This document shows, piece after piece, positions 23,877-35,758 of a stretch of DNA of 64,000 nucleotides. The DNA is from Vezdaea acicularis (Eukaryota), in contig JAPEUI010000073.1 of assembly GCA_026025075.1 (NCBI GenBank), forward strand, positions 1-64,000, written 5' to 3'. The translations under genes were made by a program, and so were the position numbers. The notes beneath the pieces were generated by a model, which was not told where the DNA came from, searched no databases, and worked only from the letters and a program-made list of their open reading frames with translations. Every line of letters begins with the position of its first letter. Positions within the stretch are counted from its first letter, which is position 1.

Positions 23877-25790
23877 GCAATTTGACTCATAGGGGCCCGC
23901 CGACAAGTTTTGCCAAACTTTGTCGACGTCAAAGGCAGGCCGGAGGACAAGGGACAGGCCCTATATACGCCCTCAGAACCGTGGTCCTGTGGTGGGACGG
24001 CTTCTCACGAGACTTCCTGACGTCGCTAGGAGCAAATGACGCGTAGGAGAGAGATGGATATATGTTTTGACCGTCGACCATGTATGAATGGCTTAAGAGA
24101 AGTCGCCCAAAGAGAGCTACCGGATTTCCTCCCACTCGAAGGCTGTCCTGCCGTGGTCGGCGGTGAATCTCGAATTCGTAGAGGTCGTCACGATTTGCAA
24201 GTCGCAGGGCGAAGCGAGGAATAGATTGCGTTACAGGTGAGATTGTACGGTCGGAAGAAGCGGTATCAGGCCTAGGGGTGTTTCACCGATAGGAAGATTC
24301 TGGTTTCAAGGATCGGACGAGAGTTTTGAGGACAACGAGCGACAATTTCCAAGCGCTGTTGGAGTCGCAGAGAGCAATTTGAGGTCGAGCGAGGTCTGAG
24401 AGGCGAAGGGCAAGCTAGGCGGGCGGTTTGACAGCAGCAGCGCGACAATCGCTCATCAGGGAGGAACAGGACGGAATTTCGAGGGGAAGTACGGGCGGCG
24501 CGGAAGTCCAAGAGCACCACGGTACGTACGCCTATCGGCACGCAAGACGCAGACCACCACAACAGGCAGGGTCGATGGTGCAGTTTGAACCTGGCATGTC
24601 TGGATGGTTCAAAGGGCGCCAGTGAGTATCCGCTGGCATTTTGCAGGAGGCAACAGGCGGACCACGGATGGGGGCAGAACGCAGGGAGAGAATGGCAGGC
24701 ACGGCGCTCCACTCGCTCTTGCCGTCGCTCTCTGCCTTTTTCCGGCTTCGGGTCAGCAGAAGGCGGAAAAGGCGAGCGATGGCTGCCACACTTTTCTCCA
24801 GAGAAAGCCCATGCGCGCTTTGTGATTGGCTAACTCCACTTTTCAGGTGATAAACACGCGAGAAGCGAGGGAAATGACGGACTGTCGCCGTTTGCCGATG
24901 CGGAGACAGGCACAACTGCGAGGAAGAGCATGAGCAGGATACGAAAAGGTGCATGATGATGCAGTCCAAGCCGCCTATTTGACGTGGTCTGAAAGGTGGT
25001 TGAGAGGGAGGTCTCTATGGATCGATCACGTCTTAGCTCTGCGCGCGATGACATCGCCCGGCTTAAGGAGGTCGCGTTGCCCTCTCCGCCGCAGTCATGC
25101 CTCCCACCATCGCATCCCGTTCAGACCTATGTTCTAATATACTTCCGCTGAAACGTGTTTTGTTCTTAGTGCCCTGCCGTAGAAATGCTCGAATTGCGAG
25201 ACAATCAATAAGGATTGAAGTGCGGCACCTGATATTGATGACTAAGCAAAATGCTTGAGAGGTACAGCCAATCAGTAACGCATCTACAACAGGGGTTAGA
25301 ATAAGCGAAGGGCCTGACGCGCTAATGCAGTTGTGACCAGGGAATGTTCCGGCTTGGCAGCCTACATAACGAGCCTCAAATGTTGGAGAGAGAGATGGCA
25401 GCCAGATACGCTGCACCGGCATCTGAGGACCCAAGAAGTAATGGGAATAAGTGAGGCACCAGGAGAGGGGGCATTTGGTCGATCTATTTGTGTAGGGGAT
25501 ATCACAGGCTTGTTGATATGCTTCAATTCTCTTGCCAATACGTAAGCTGGTCCCCCCTGCAATAGGGTCCTCACGGTGACCTCAAACGAGCATGGGTGTT
25601 GAAGCTCTCGAGGAAACTCTTTTTCTCATTCCAATTCTTCTTTTTGAAGAACTCAATCACGTTACTTCTCAGAAGCTCATCCCCTTCGCCTGCTTAGCCT
25701 CAATTCATACTGGAGAAAATTCTGTTTTTGAGATCCACCATAAGGATACTCTTTCCCACACCGACCACACATCCTATGTAATATCGCAAA

Positions 25791-26907
25791 ATGGCGCGTA
25801 CCAAACCACGTGGTCGTCGGGCAGCCCAGAAAGCTCAAGGAGAAGTTCACCGAGACGCCAACACTGAAAGAGCAGCCGGCGAAAAAGTAAATGGTGTTCA
25901 AGCCAAGCCTTCACCATCTCGAAACACATCAACAGAAGTAGCAAAAGAGCTTCAGTCAAAGCTACCTGTAACTTCAAAAGCAGCACTTGAGCCCCAGGGT
26001 GGTCTTAAGCTGCAGTCTAAATCCAGTAAAAGAAGAAAATCCAAGCAATCGAAGGGACTTGTTGTTGGCAAAGAGGCTTATAGCTCTGTGGATATCGCGA
26101 ACGCCGCACCTAAAGACAACATGGACCCACCAGCCAAAAGAGCTAGACCAAATTTCTACCAGGGAAGCTTCACATTTCAGGGCCTCAACTCTCAACCCTC
26201 GGTCGAGCTTGGGAAGCAGTCCGATGCGGTACCGGATGAAGTAGACAATGAGAACTTGACAAAGAAACCTCACCTCAACCTCCCGCAAGACTTATCACAA
26301 TTCAACACTATTTACATGAAGATCATCTCCTCTTCGGCGATACAAAGCAAAGTCACACGAATAATCTCCACGCTTGCCGCCTTCAACTTCGGGGAGCCCA
26401 TCAAACCTAGCGTTGTCGTCCTTCAAGCGATGAGTAGTGTGGCGTCAAAACTTATTTCAATTGTTGAGATAGCAAAGAGAGAGATCGCAAGAGAAGGCGG
26501 GAAATGGTATCAATATTCTCAGGTCGACGGCGTTGTCACCGAATTGAAAGACCAAGGAAAGGCAAAAACTGACAAAGGCGGCAAGACTCTTTTAGAGTGG
26601 GAGAAGAAGATATGTATAGAGGGGCCACAGGCTATTGGAAAAGATCAGAACGTTAGTTTGCAAGCCAGTGAAGCCCCTGAAGATACTGAAGAAGATGCAT
26701 TTGAGGTCATGGAGGGATTGCAGCAGGATCTCAACCGTCCCAAAGTCAGAGCAAAACCCAAACTGACCATCTTTCTTTCTCGTGTAAGAGTTCCCAAATT
26801 AGAGGGGTGCTATGGGTGAGTGTAGGCGCAGTACTATCTAGGTGAGGGAAATAGCTAATATCAATCATAGGGAACAAACAAACGATCATGATCCTAGAGG
26901 AATATAA
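25791..26907 (+). CDS. Alba-like DNA/RNA-binding domain protein
   Basis: IISSSAIQSKV, ASKLISIVEIAKREI, KWYQY, LTIFLSRV; terminal intron 26816-26870 gives YG|EQT. Confidence 0.7.
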
Positions 26908-27441
26908 GCTTGAGCCAGCCAAAGAAGCGAACGGACTTTCATAAAGTTCTCTGAAAATACGCAATCCTCCTGCTATATAGCATCTCGGGGCTCATGCAGG
27001 CTAGGTATATTGGTAGTTTGATACTTTCACTCTAATTTTCTCAAGGGAATAAGCCCATTTTCCAGGCATTAGCGTCGTCAGAGATTGAGAATTTCTGGCG
27101 GATATCGACGACGTGTAACGATACAAGCTTTTGGGCAGGATATTGACGGGTATTCTGGTTCACCTTCACCCAAGATTGCGAGTAACCACAAGTACAGGGC
27201 AGATCAAGATCAATTTATGACCATGCATAAGATGGGTTGTAAACATCTGCAGGTATGAGAGATGCACTATCTTGTAGAAGTGCAATCTGATGAAAAGCGA
27301 ATGAGTCACTCATCCCCAGAGCCTGGTGTAGCAAATCCTGAACGTTGCTTCTCCGGTTCCCCCTCTCTTTCAAGACCACCTAACAATGAACATCCTCCTA
27401 CTGGTGTGCATTCTCCAACCACGCAACCTTCATTTTATCCC

Positions 27442-27899
27442 TTACTTCCCACCCTTTCCTCTGCCCCCTTCTCTAATCCTCAGCGCAAAGTTGACCACCA
27501 CAGCCGCTAGCAGTATAATCGCCAAAACCGTTGGCCCCAATCTATCATCAAACCCAGATTGCCCTCTTTTCCTTATACTCCTTGCCCTCCAATGGAACGT
27601 GACCAGCGCGTATATCATAGTCGCCATTGCGACGAATGTGAATAAACCAGCGCTGATTCGCCCGACCTTATCACCGAAGTTGAGCAGGCCGATTGCCAGG
27701 CCGCCCAAGATAACCGTGAAGTTGAGCCATGAGAGGAAGGTCCGCTCATTGGCAAAGAAGACTTTCGGCTCAACGCGCGTGGGAAGAGCGATGCGTTTGC
27801 CTATGACGTATAATTTTAGAGAATACGAAGGCTTTGGGTGCAATTGTGAGGAGAGGGGAACGGACCCTGTGTGGTTTGGAGGAGCGGTTGAGATGACAT
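27442..27899 (-). CDS. VTC1: Vacuolar transporter chaperone 1 (polyphosphate VTC complex)
   Basis: [39 protein letters not shown]; three TM segments; one intron. Confidence 0.95.
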
Positions 27900-28280
27900 C
27901 TTGGAGTCACGCAACTCTGCACTGCTGCCTTCAAGCGGCTCTGGTCTTACGAAAGCTCCAACCCAACGAATTCAGAGCCTCGGTGATAATCCAAAGGCAA
28001 ATGTTCGTCTCAGAGGCCTTCACGCAAACTTCGAAGCTGTGGTGGAACCATCAAACCTAGATCTCGAGCTCGACTTCTAGCTCGGTCCCACCTCGCTACG
28101 GCACTGCTCGTAAAACGTGCCCTAGCGATTGGCCCGGTTCGCCCGCCGAGCCTGCGCGTGACAAACAGGGCCATCCCTCGAACTGCAAGTGCCTGGAATA
28201 ACCGCATCGCATCAACAAACCCTACCGCTATTAACCATCTATTGAAGACCGTTGTTGCTTTTAAGGAATCGTCCCGCATC

Positions 28281-29032
28281 ATGGCGGACGCAAAATCAAG
28301 TGCTTCGGCGCCGACAATGACGCCGGTGAGTCTCTCCGCGCGGCCGCTGCGGCGATCATTCTTCTTCTCCTGATCGCGTGCCCCGCAAAGTCCGGACGAA
28401 GCAGGGTGCTAACGAACGGGGAAAATAGCCAATTCCGTACACGCGCATGAAGCAGATCTCACAAGATGTATGCATCTCCATCCCCCCCTAGCACGGCGTC
28501 CATACCCCTGACTTTCGGGCATTTAGGCATGCAACGCAGCGTTCGAGAATGTAGAGTTCTACGAGCACAGCCGATCGGCGGAGTGGAACAGCGCCATTGT
28601 TGTACGTCCTCTACGCATTAGCTCTCCTTATTCCAAAGCTTCCCAAAGACAGGTTCGGATAGCCTGCTGACCCCAGCGCAGAACCACATACTCAAACACC
28701 TCATCTCGGAGTCCTCGACGCCAACCTCTCCCCCAAGCTACAAATATGCTGTGAATAGCACCATCATCCAGCACCTCACCCCTAGTGCTCAATTGCGCAA
28801 GCCCACAACTACCACGTCTAGTACGGGCACGGGTCCAGAGGGCAATGGGACCGCTAAGGCCGCAGCGGTCAAGGAGAAGGATACGAAAGCTGTGGGGCGA
28901 AGAGGCATGCATAGCGCGACGGGAGCATACTGGAATAACGAACGGGATGGCATGTGGAGCTTTAAGTATGAGGGAGGAGAAGGGAAGGGACTGGATGTCG
29001 TGGTCAATGTTGTCTGGATGAGCATGAGTTAG
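28281..29032 (+). CDS. Tctex-1 type dynein light chain
   Basis: Four exons; YEHSRSAEWNSAIV|NHILKHL, YKYAVNSTIIQH, GMHSATGAYWNNERDGMWSFKY. Confidence 0.85.
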
Positions 29033-29392
29033 GTGTTGAGAGGAAGCTGAAAAAGGCTTGTGGCGAGAGGAACCTTGCATTGCAAAGTCAAATCTTGAGA
29101 TATAAGAAGGTATCCTATTCCGGTTGGTACGATATGCATGGGTTTTCTAATGGCTACAAGCACTGCGTGGTGGGGTGAACGGTACTAGAAATTTCTCCTG
29201 GAGACTGGAACTTTTTACATGTACTTTCAGAAACCAATCAGTGCATAACATTGGAAGAGAAAATTCTGCATCGACCAGCATTACTTGGGCGTATCTTGTT
29301 GCATTGGCAATACGTCAGTGTATTCGTTGCTCTAGGCCGGTGTAAAGATGAGGCTGTTGGTTCGCTATATGTCAGGCAAAGCACCTAACCAT

Positions 29393-29824
29393 GTGACTGC
29401 ATTTTTCCATTGCATCTGCTAGTGGACCGCGCCGTTTTATTGCTCACGAGATGGAGTTTGCATCAGGTGACATTGAGTTTTCTCGTTCGAGGTTGAAGGT
29501 CGGCCACGCCGATTTTCGGTGGTCGCGTCAGAACCTCACCACCTCGAGCGCAAAGGCCAGCCCCCTAAGGAACCTCCATCAGGTGACTGTGAGTTTTTGT
29601 GTCGAGCCTTGCTAGCGTACCGCGCCGATTTATTGCTCATGAGACGATACTTGAATCAGGTGACATTGAGTTTTCTCGTTCGAGGTTAAAGGTCGGCCGC
29701 GCCGATTTTTGGTGGGTGCGTCAAAGCCCCCCCCCCCTCGAGCGAAAAGGCCAGCCCCCCCAACGAACCTCCATCAGGTGACTTTGAGTTTTTGTGTCGA
29801 GCCTTGCTAGCGTACCGCGCCGAT
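29393..29824. repeat. ~194-bp tandem repeat, ~2.2 copies, with internal sub-repeats
   Basis: GCTAG..ACCGCGCCG anchor recurs at 29418, 29611 and 29806; ATCAGGTGAC recurs four times. Confidence 0.9.
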
Positions 29825-29891
29825 TCTCCATAGGTGAATCAGTGCCTCTCCCTACCGTAGGGGGGGAGATGTAGGGCTCCTCATTTTACCC

Positions 29892-30807
29892 CTATATGCT
29901 CATTCGCAGTCCTCCATTCGCGCAAATTACGCTTCCTGTGCACCAGGCCGACTCCTCACTCACCAACATTCCCACTATACCCGCAATTTCCTTAGTGGTT
30001 GCTCTTCTTCCGCCCTCTATTACTGCCCTCTTCTCGATATTGGCTTCATCCTCTGCCCTCACGGCCATTAGTGGTGCCTGCTGGGCAAACGGTCTTAATT
30101 GCTCCACGAATTCTTCATTTGCTGCGTCGTACATTGCTGTATCTACAGGTCCAGGATTGATGGCATTGACCGTGACCCTCTCGGCGAGCTCTCGCGCCCA
30201 GGTTCGCGTCATAGCTTCGAGCGCAGCTTTCGTGCCACCATAGACGGATTGAGTCTTAAAGCCTAGTGAGCTAGATACACTGGAGACGTTGATAATACGT
30301 CCAGATCGATCATGTGGAAGGTAAGGTAATGCAGCCTGCACTAGAAGTAGTGGACTGAGAACGTTGATGGCATATTGCTTGTGGAAGTCTTCAGCCGTAA
30401 CATCTTCTATGGGAGCGTTGTTTGAGATTCCAGCATTATTGATGATAATATTGATCTCCTTTCGGTCAAACCACGTTCGTGTATTTTCGACGATCGAGAC
30501 AGTCTCATGAGGATTTGCAAGATCGGCTTGCTTGGTGTGAACTTTAATATTATAAGTATTAAGGAGAAATTCGGCAATCTTCTCGACGGCCGGACTTGAC
30601 GTAATAGCGCTGTAACACAGAAGAAGGTTGCATCCTTTCGAGGCCAGATTTTCAGCGATGGCTGCGCCTATTCCTGGAAGGCATCAGGATTTGCTGAACA
30701 TCGAGTAGTGCACGACGATACGTACCGCGAGATGCACCAGTGATTATACCTGTTTTGCCTTCGAGTGAGCGGTTAGATCCACTGGATTGGGCTGGGAGAG
30801 ATGACAT
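29892..30807 (-). CDS. Short-chain dehydrogenase/reductase (3-oxoacyl-ACP reductase-like)
   Basis: ITGASR|GIG, IINNAG, INVSS, YGGTK, VNAINPG; one intron. Confidence 0.9.
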
Positions 30808-31835
30808 CTCGGCGCTATGAGAGCAAAGAGCGAAGTAGATTAGGAAATCTAGCAAAGAACAGACTAGGAGAAGATGACCAAGACAACGCTTGCCGATGTC
30901 CCAGGATCGCGTAGCTATATAAAGGTCAATGTCAGCAGGATTTGTTAATTATTCCAGATGATCTGAGGTTGAATGGAGCGATGAAAGAGTACATTAAATG
31001 CGTATTGTGCATAGGTGACAATTGAAGGGCTCAAGGCTCTTTTGCGTTGTGATGGAACTTTAGCACCAACCATGATGTCACCGGCGATATGATAATCCAG
31101 CGGCCCGAAGTCAATCCTGGTACTAGCTAGGTGAGAGAATTCGTTTCTTTCGAATCTTTGCTGCTGTCCTCCAAATCCGACCAAAATGAAGATAAACAAT
31201 ATAATATTCAAGATATTAGACAGAATAGTACATTCGACCATAGGTATTGGAATACTGGGCATCCCGTCCGCTCTGCCATACATAAGCCAATAACCGACTG
31301 ATTAGTAGTTGGGTGGGTGACCACCAGCGAATCCCAGTTGTTGAATGTTTTTGACCATCCTTTTTGCCCACCAATCGCACCTAGGATATAGCACGTGATA
31401 TCGGCGAAAGATCATTCGTAACCACCGATAGGCTAGGATGCGGCAGCACTGCCCCAGATGCAAGTCTTGCCGTGCGCCCTGCTATTACTGCTGCATTCAG
31501 TGAGCGTATCCCGCCCAGCCCGAGCGGTGCATCAAAAGGCCGCGTGTGCTTGAACGAAGACTTCTATTGTCATTGGATGCAACATCGCACACGGTCTGCA
31601 TGACAAGCTTTGGCGGATTGGACTTAGTTTTAGTGGCTGACGACTCATCGTCATCACCGCCTTATGCCCTTGACATGTATGGCCTTGTCAAAGAAGAAAC
31701 AGTTCTAATATCGCTTACATCTCGTAAACCCTCAGGCACAACTTTATCCCTTCTGCCTATATCTTCCCTCGGTCAAACGAAGATAAACCTCTTCACCTAA
31801 ATCATCTTCTGATACTCATCTAATATCGCTCAACC

Positions 31836-33386
31836 ATGGGTCCTTCCGTTGAGCCTCCTCCGCCTTATACTAGGCACGATCCTAATTCCACGCCTTCTAC
31901 GAGTACGACGACACCATCGCTAACGGTCACAACCGCTCCATCTCATGACTACTCATCTCATTCGCAAGCTTCTCCGAGTCTAGTTGCCGATGGCTTCCAG
32001 TCGCCCGCGTCGTCTACGGTGGTGACCCCACCTGCTTCTCCCAGCCCGTACGACGGTCAAAATGGTCATATTGGAGACAGCAACGACGAATCAGCCACTG
32101 AGCTCTACTTCCGGTCTCGACCATGTATGTTCCAAATCTCCGGCGCAAGGGTCATTCACACAATACAAATCTCGCCCGAAACAAATCCAGAGACTCTTCC
32201 ATTCCCTTCACCTTCACATAGGTTCCTTTCGCGAGATGTGACAGAACAAGATTGGGATACATTCAGGAACTTCTTGTTTCCCGAGTATCAAATGATGGCA
32301 AATTTGGCAATAGTAGAGAGGAAGATGCAAGCCGAGCTCGATCGACGAGAAGAAGAGTTACCCGGCGCGAATATTAACGAAGCTCCCGCTGATCTGCTCT
32401 TACCGGCCCAGCTTTATGTAGTTCCAGGAGTAGAAGCAGCTGCCGAGAAGCGCTCTGCTGGACAGAATGTTGCACAAGCTGATCCCAACTGGCAAGAGCG
32501 AATCGAGTCGATGGTATTGGAATGGAATGAGGGTTTCTTCAATCCTCGAGGGATTGTGCTAGATGCTATCGTTATTCCTCCATCGCCAGTTCTACCTCGA
32601 CACACACCAGCGACATCAGACTTGAGTCCTGTCGAGCTTCCCGCCAGCGTACCGTCCTACGAACCGGTAGAACTTCCGATTAGGGGTACCTCGCCTCGAA
32701 GCTGCGATAGCTTGCCACAAACCTGCATTCGTCGAAAACCACTGCCTTATCGAAGTGCAACCGCACCGTCGTCTTCCCGACCGGACCCTGTCCGGACCTC
32801 TACAGAGTCTATCATATCCCCAACTTCTCCTCCAGGATTGATGGGCAATGCAGATTCAGAGAATCCGGCATCTAACCTCCGAACTTCCATAGCCAAAGCT
32901 CTTCTAGCGCCAAAAGGCGAAACTAACCGTGCGCTTGAGGACCTGTGGTATGAGTTGATGGATCAAAAAATGCACAACATCCAAGCGATCAAGAAGGAGC
33001 TTGGCGCTCTCAAAAAGGAGAAACTCTCTGGCTGGCAGGAGATCTATGCCGGGTTAAAAGTGCTTGCAAAGGAAGACAAGGAAAAGCAGAAGGCCGAAAC
33101 AAAACGGTGGCAAGATTCGTGCAAAGCAGACAGGAAGGCGTGGCGAGATAGTATGAAAGAGACGCATAAATTGAAAAAGAAGGATCGGGATGAGTATAAG
33201 AAGAGGGTGGATGAATACAAGAACATTCAGAAGCAGAGAGTGGATGAATTTAAGAACATTCAGAAGCATTGGACTCGAAATCCGAGGTGTGCTACAATGA
33301 TGGAAAAGTCGAAACGTGATTGGGGTTCATGCGGAAGCCCTGAGGCTGCCGCTGGGTTGGACACAGGCGTCACAGGGAGTGACTGA
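31836..33386 (+). CDS. Uncharacterised fungal protein with PPPPY motif and charged coiled-coil tail
   Basis: Intronless 516-aa ORF; RDVTEQDWDTFRNFLFP and WNEGFFNPRGI blocks look like a conserved domain; function not recognised. Confidence 0.75.
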   Translation: MGPSVEPPPPYTRHDPNSTPSTSTTTPSLTVTTAPSHDYSSHSQASPSLVADGFQSPASSTVVTPPASPSPYDGQNGHIGDSNDESATELYFRSRPCMFQISGARVIHTIQISPETNPETLPFPSPSHRFLSRDVTEQDWDTFRNFLFPEYQMMANLAIVERKMQAELDRREEELPGANINEAPADLLLPAQLYVVPGVEAAAEKRSAGQNVAQADPNWQERIESMVLEWNEGFFNPRGIVLDAIVIPPSPVLPRHTPATSDLSPVELPASVPSYEPVELPIRGTSPRSCDSLPQTCIRRKPLPYRSATAPSSSRPDPVRTSTESIISPTSPPGLMGNADSENPASNLRTSIAKALLAPKGETNRALEDLWYELMDQKMHNIQAIKKELGALKKEKLSGWQEIYAGLKVLAKEDKEKQKAETKRWQDSCKADRKAWRDSMKETHKLKKKDRDEYKKRVDEYKNIQKQRVDEFKNIQKHWTRNPRCATMMEKSKRDWGSCGSPEAAAGLDTGVTGSD

Positions 33387-33707
33387 CGAGTTATGATGGC
33401 AAGGAAATATGGATTTTATGATTTGGCATCTTACGTTCTAGCGGGCTGGCTTAGTTTGGGGGCCTGGATGGCGTTATACATAAACTAAATTTCACCATCG
33501 ATCAATCACATTTATAATTTGGGCTTTAGGGTAATGTCTTTTTCCCAATCTCACTCGCTCTCGCACGTTCTATTTCCGAAAATTTCTACCAAGGGTGAAG
33601 AAGAGCAACTCTACATTTCCAAACGCCGAGCTAAAATGCCGCTGATGAACACCGCAGAATGCATGCGCCCGATGTCTATATACTTTGCTAAGATTTTCTG
33701 ACCCCTC

Positions 33708-35036
33708 TTATACGCTACTGCCAATCGCAAACATAAGCAGTAAAGTAAGGTATAGGCTCGGCGCTAGCCTCCTCCCTAGAGATTTTACGAGGCCGCAACA
33801 GCTCCCATGATATGTGACATTATTATGCAAGGCGGCCACTTCGAAGACGGAACCGTTGGACGGCTCATTGTAGAAGTCCACGAGCAAGAAATTTGGCGGG
33901 CGATCCCACTGAGTTGTACATGTATTTGCCATGAGCCCCAAACTTCCAAAGCCCTCCACTCCATTCGTCTGGTTAATCTGCACGGTGTTTGGAATGAGCG
34001 CACTTGTTCCCAAGATTGAGAAATTGATGTTTAGGTTGTGGTTGGCCATGTACAGCCTATCCATAGCAGCCGCGCCCTCGAGAACTGGTGGACGTTGGAC
34101 ACTGCAGGGGAATGCCTCGTCGGTGGGAGAAAATGGCGTCTCCCAGAGTTGAGAGAACTCATCAAGTATATATGGCACTTTGGTTTGGTTGGCCATATAG
34201 TCCATGAAGATCACTGCGCGAAAACCGGATATGATCATAGACCCGAGCGTAGGCCAGTCCTTTAGACTCATTGGTACATGCGTAGGAACGTAAGCCCATT
34301 TCTCTAAGCCTGAGTTTCGGATTGGCGCGACGTAGTCGGTTACATCTAGGTTGTCGCCATTGCCAATGAGGATTGTTATGACGTTGTAAGGGTTCTGTTC
34401 AATCCATGAAACTACGGTACTTAAATAGCTCTCAACTGTGCCTGCATTGAGTAGGTCGCAGCTTGTGTGGCAGTAGTGTAGAGTTCCGTTCACCTTCAAG
34501 GTTTGCCCCTGTAACATTCGGATACCATCATCTAATTGTGTTATGACATCAAAATCTTGGTTACTTCCAGCATTCCTCTGGAGTACGAATGGAGAGTTAT
34601 GCGCAGCGACCTCGGTGATGTTACTATATCTGCGATCGCAGAATTCTGGGTAGCCATTGCAAGGCTGCGTGTTGGTCGCCTGAGGAGCGGTTGAGGTACC
34701 GGCTAAGCTTGTGTCGTTCAAAGTCTGAGTACCATTGATTATGGTAGCTGTGACACCTACTGAACCTTGAAGTAAGGTCACCGACTCCGTGGAGCCAGTA
34801 GCAAGGGTTGATGTCGCTGTTGCGTTCCCACTCGCGGTACTACTGGAGAAGCCACTTGAAATGGGACTAGATTCGGTATATTAGAGGACAACACACGCGT
34901 AAGAGTGGCTAACATACGTTGTTTGTATGGACTCAATACTGGAAGTGCGTGCTGTGTTCGATCCAGTAAGTATTATACTTTGAGCATTGGACCAGATTGG
35001 AAGCAGACAAGCTATGTAGAAACAGCTTGCAAGCAT
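33708..35036 (-). CDS. Secreted/GPI-type PLC-like phosphodiesterase
   Basis: Signal peptide MLASCFYIACLLPIWSNA, one intron; CNGYPEFCDRRYSNIT, AAHNSPF, QLDDGIRMLQ, PNFLLVDFY; hydrophobic C-terminus. Confidence 0.85.
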
Positions 35037-35715
35037 TACGTGGACGGTTCTGTGGAAGGATCCACTAGATCAAGAGGAGAGCAATGCAGGATCAAGATTA
35101 TAGGTGAGCATTAATTGGGAATGGAAGAAAAATCATATGCAAAGAAGCTTGCTTTGCACAAGTGTGCAGATTTCAACACACGCCAAGATGAGACTGTGGA
35201 GATCCGCAATGTTGACCAGGAGGTTGCTCCGCCTGGTCGGTTGGGGCATCATAGTGGTCTTAGGGACGCAACACAGAAAGACGGCGTTTCAATAGCCGTC
35301 TTATTCATTCTTGCAAAATATCGTTACAGGAAATCGCCTTTTGTCACCGTGCTGAAGCGAAGGGCCGAGAGGGGACCAATGCGGCAAACTTCACATGGGC
35401 GGAGCCATCCGAGTATCCGGTCGGACAACGTCTCAAAAAGCCTTTCCTTGTCGGTGGATCAAACTATGTGATGTCAACACGGCCTTCACGGAATCCCGGA
35501 TTCTGATAGGAGATGGCCAGAATATCACCGGAAGCTATTCCTCTTTCAGACTCTCGGGGCTTGCGCTGGTGACGAGCGAGTGCCTTGCCGGCAGTGAGGT
35601 GCCGTCAAAAAATGATGCTGCGGCTATATGGCCGCGCAATCAATTCTCTCACGGACCACGAACCAGATTTTAGCGGAAGGATCCGATATCTTCCGCTCAT
35701 TCATTTCTACTAATT

Positions 35716-35758
35716 AGCTCCTATAGTGTTCAAGTCTGACTTGAACACCATAGGAGCT
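35716..35758. repeat. 43-bp near-perfect inverted repeat (21-bp arms, 1-nt spacer)
   Basis: agctcctatagtgttcaagtc T gacttgaacaccataggagct; 20 of 21 positions complementary. Confidence 0.92.

Noticed and set aside
25236..25317. TGATGA...CTGA as a box C/D snoRNA
   Set aside because: No terminal stem and no rRNA-complementary guide recognised; similar candidates at 24953 and 52983 also fail.
24036..25574. Many overlapping short ORFs between AHC1 and the Alba gene
   Set aside because: GC-rich leader/promoter sequence; no motifs or consistent exon structure.
29461..29800. Recurring ATCAGGTGAC motif as a CRISPR-like array
   Set aside because: The intervening sequences are themselves repeated, spacing alternates, the context is eukaryotic and there are no cas genes.
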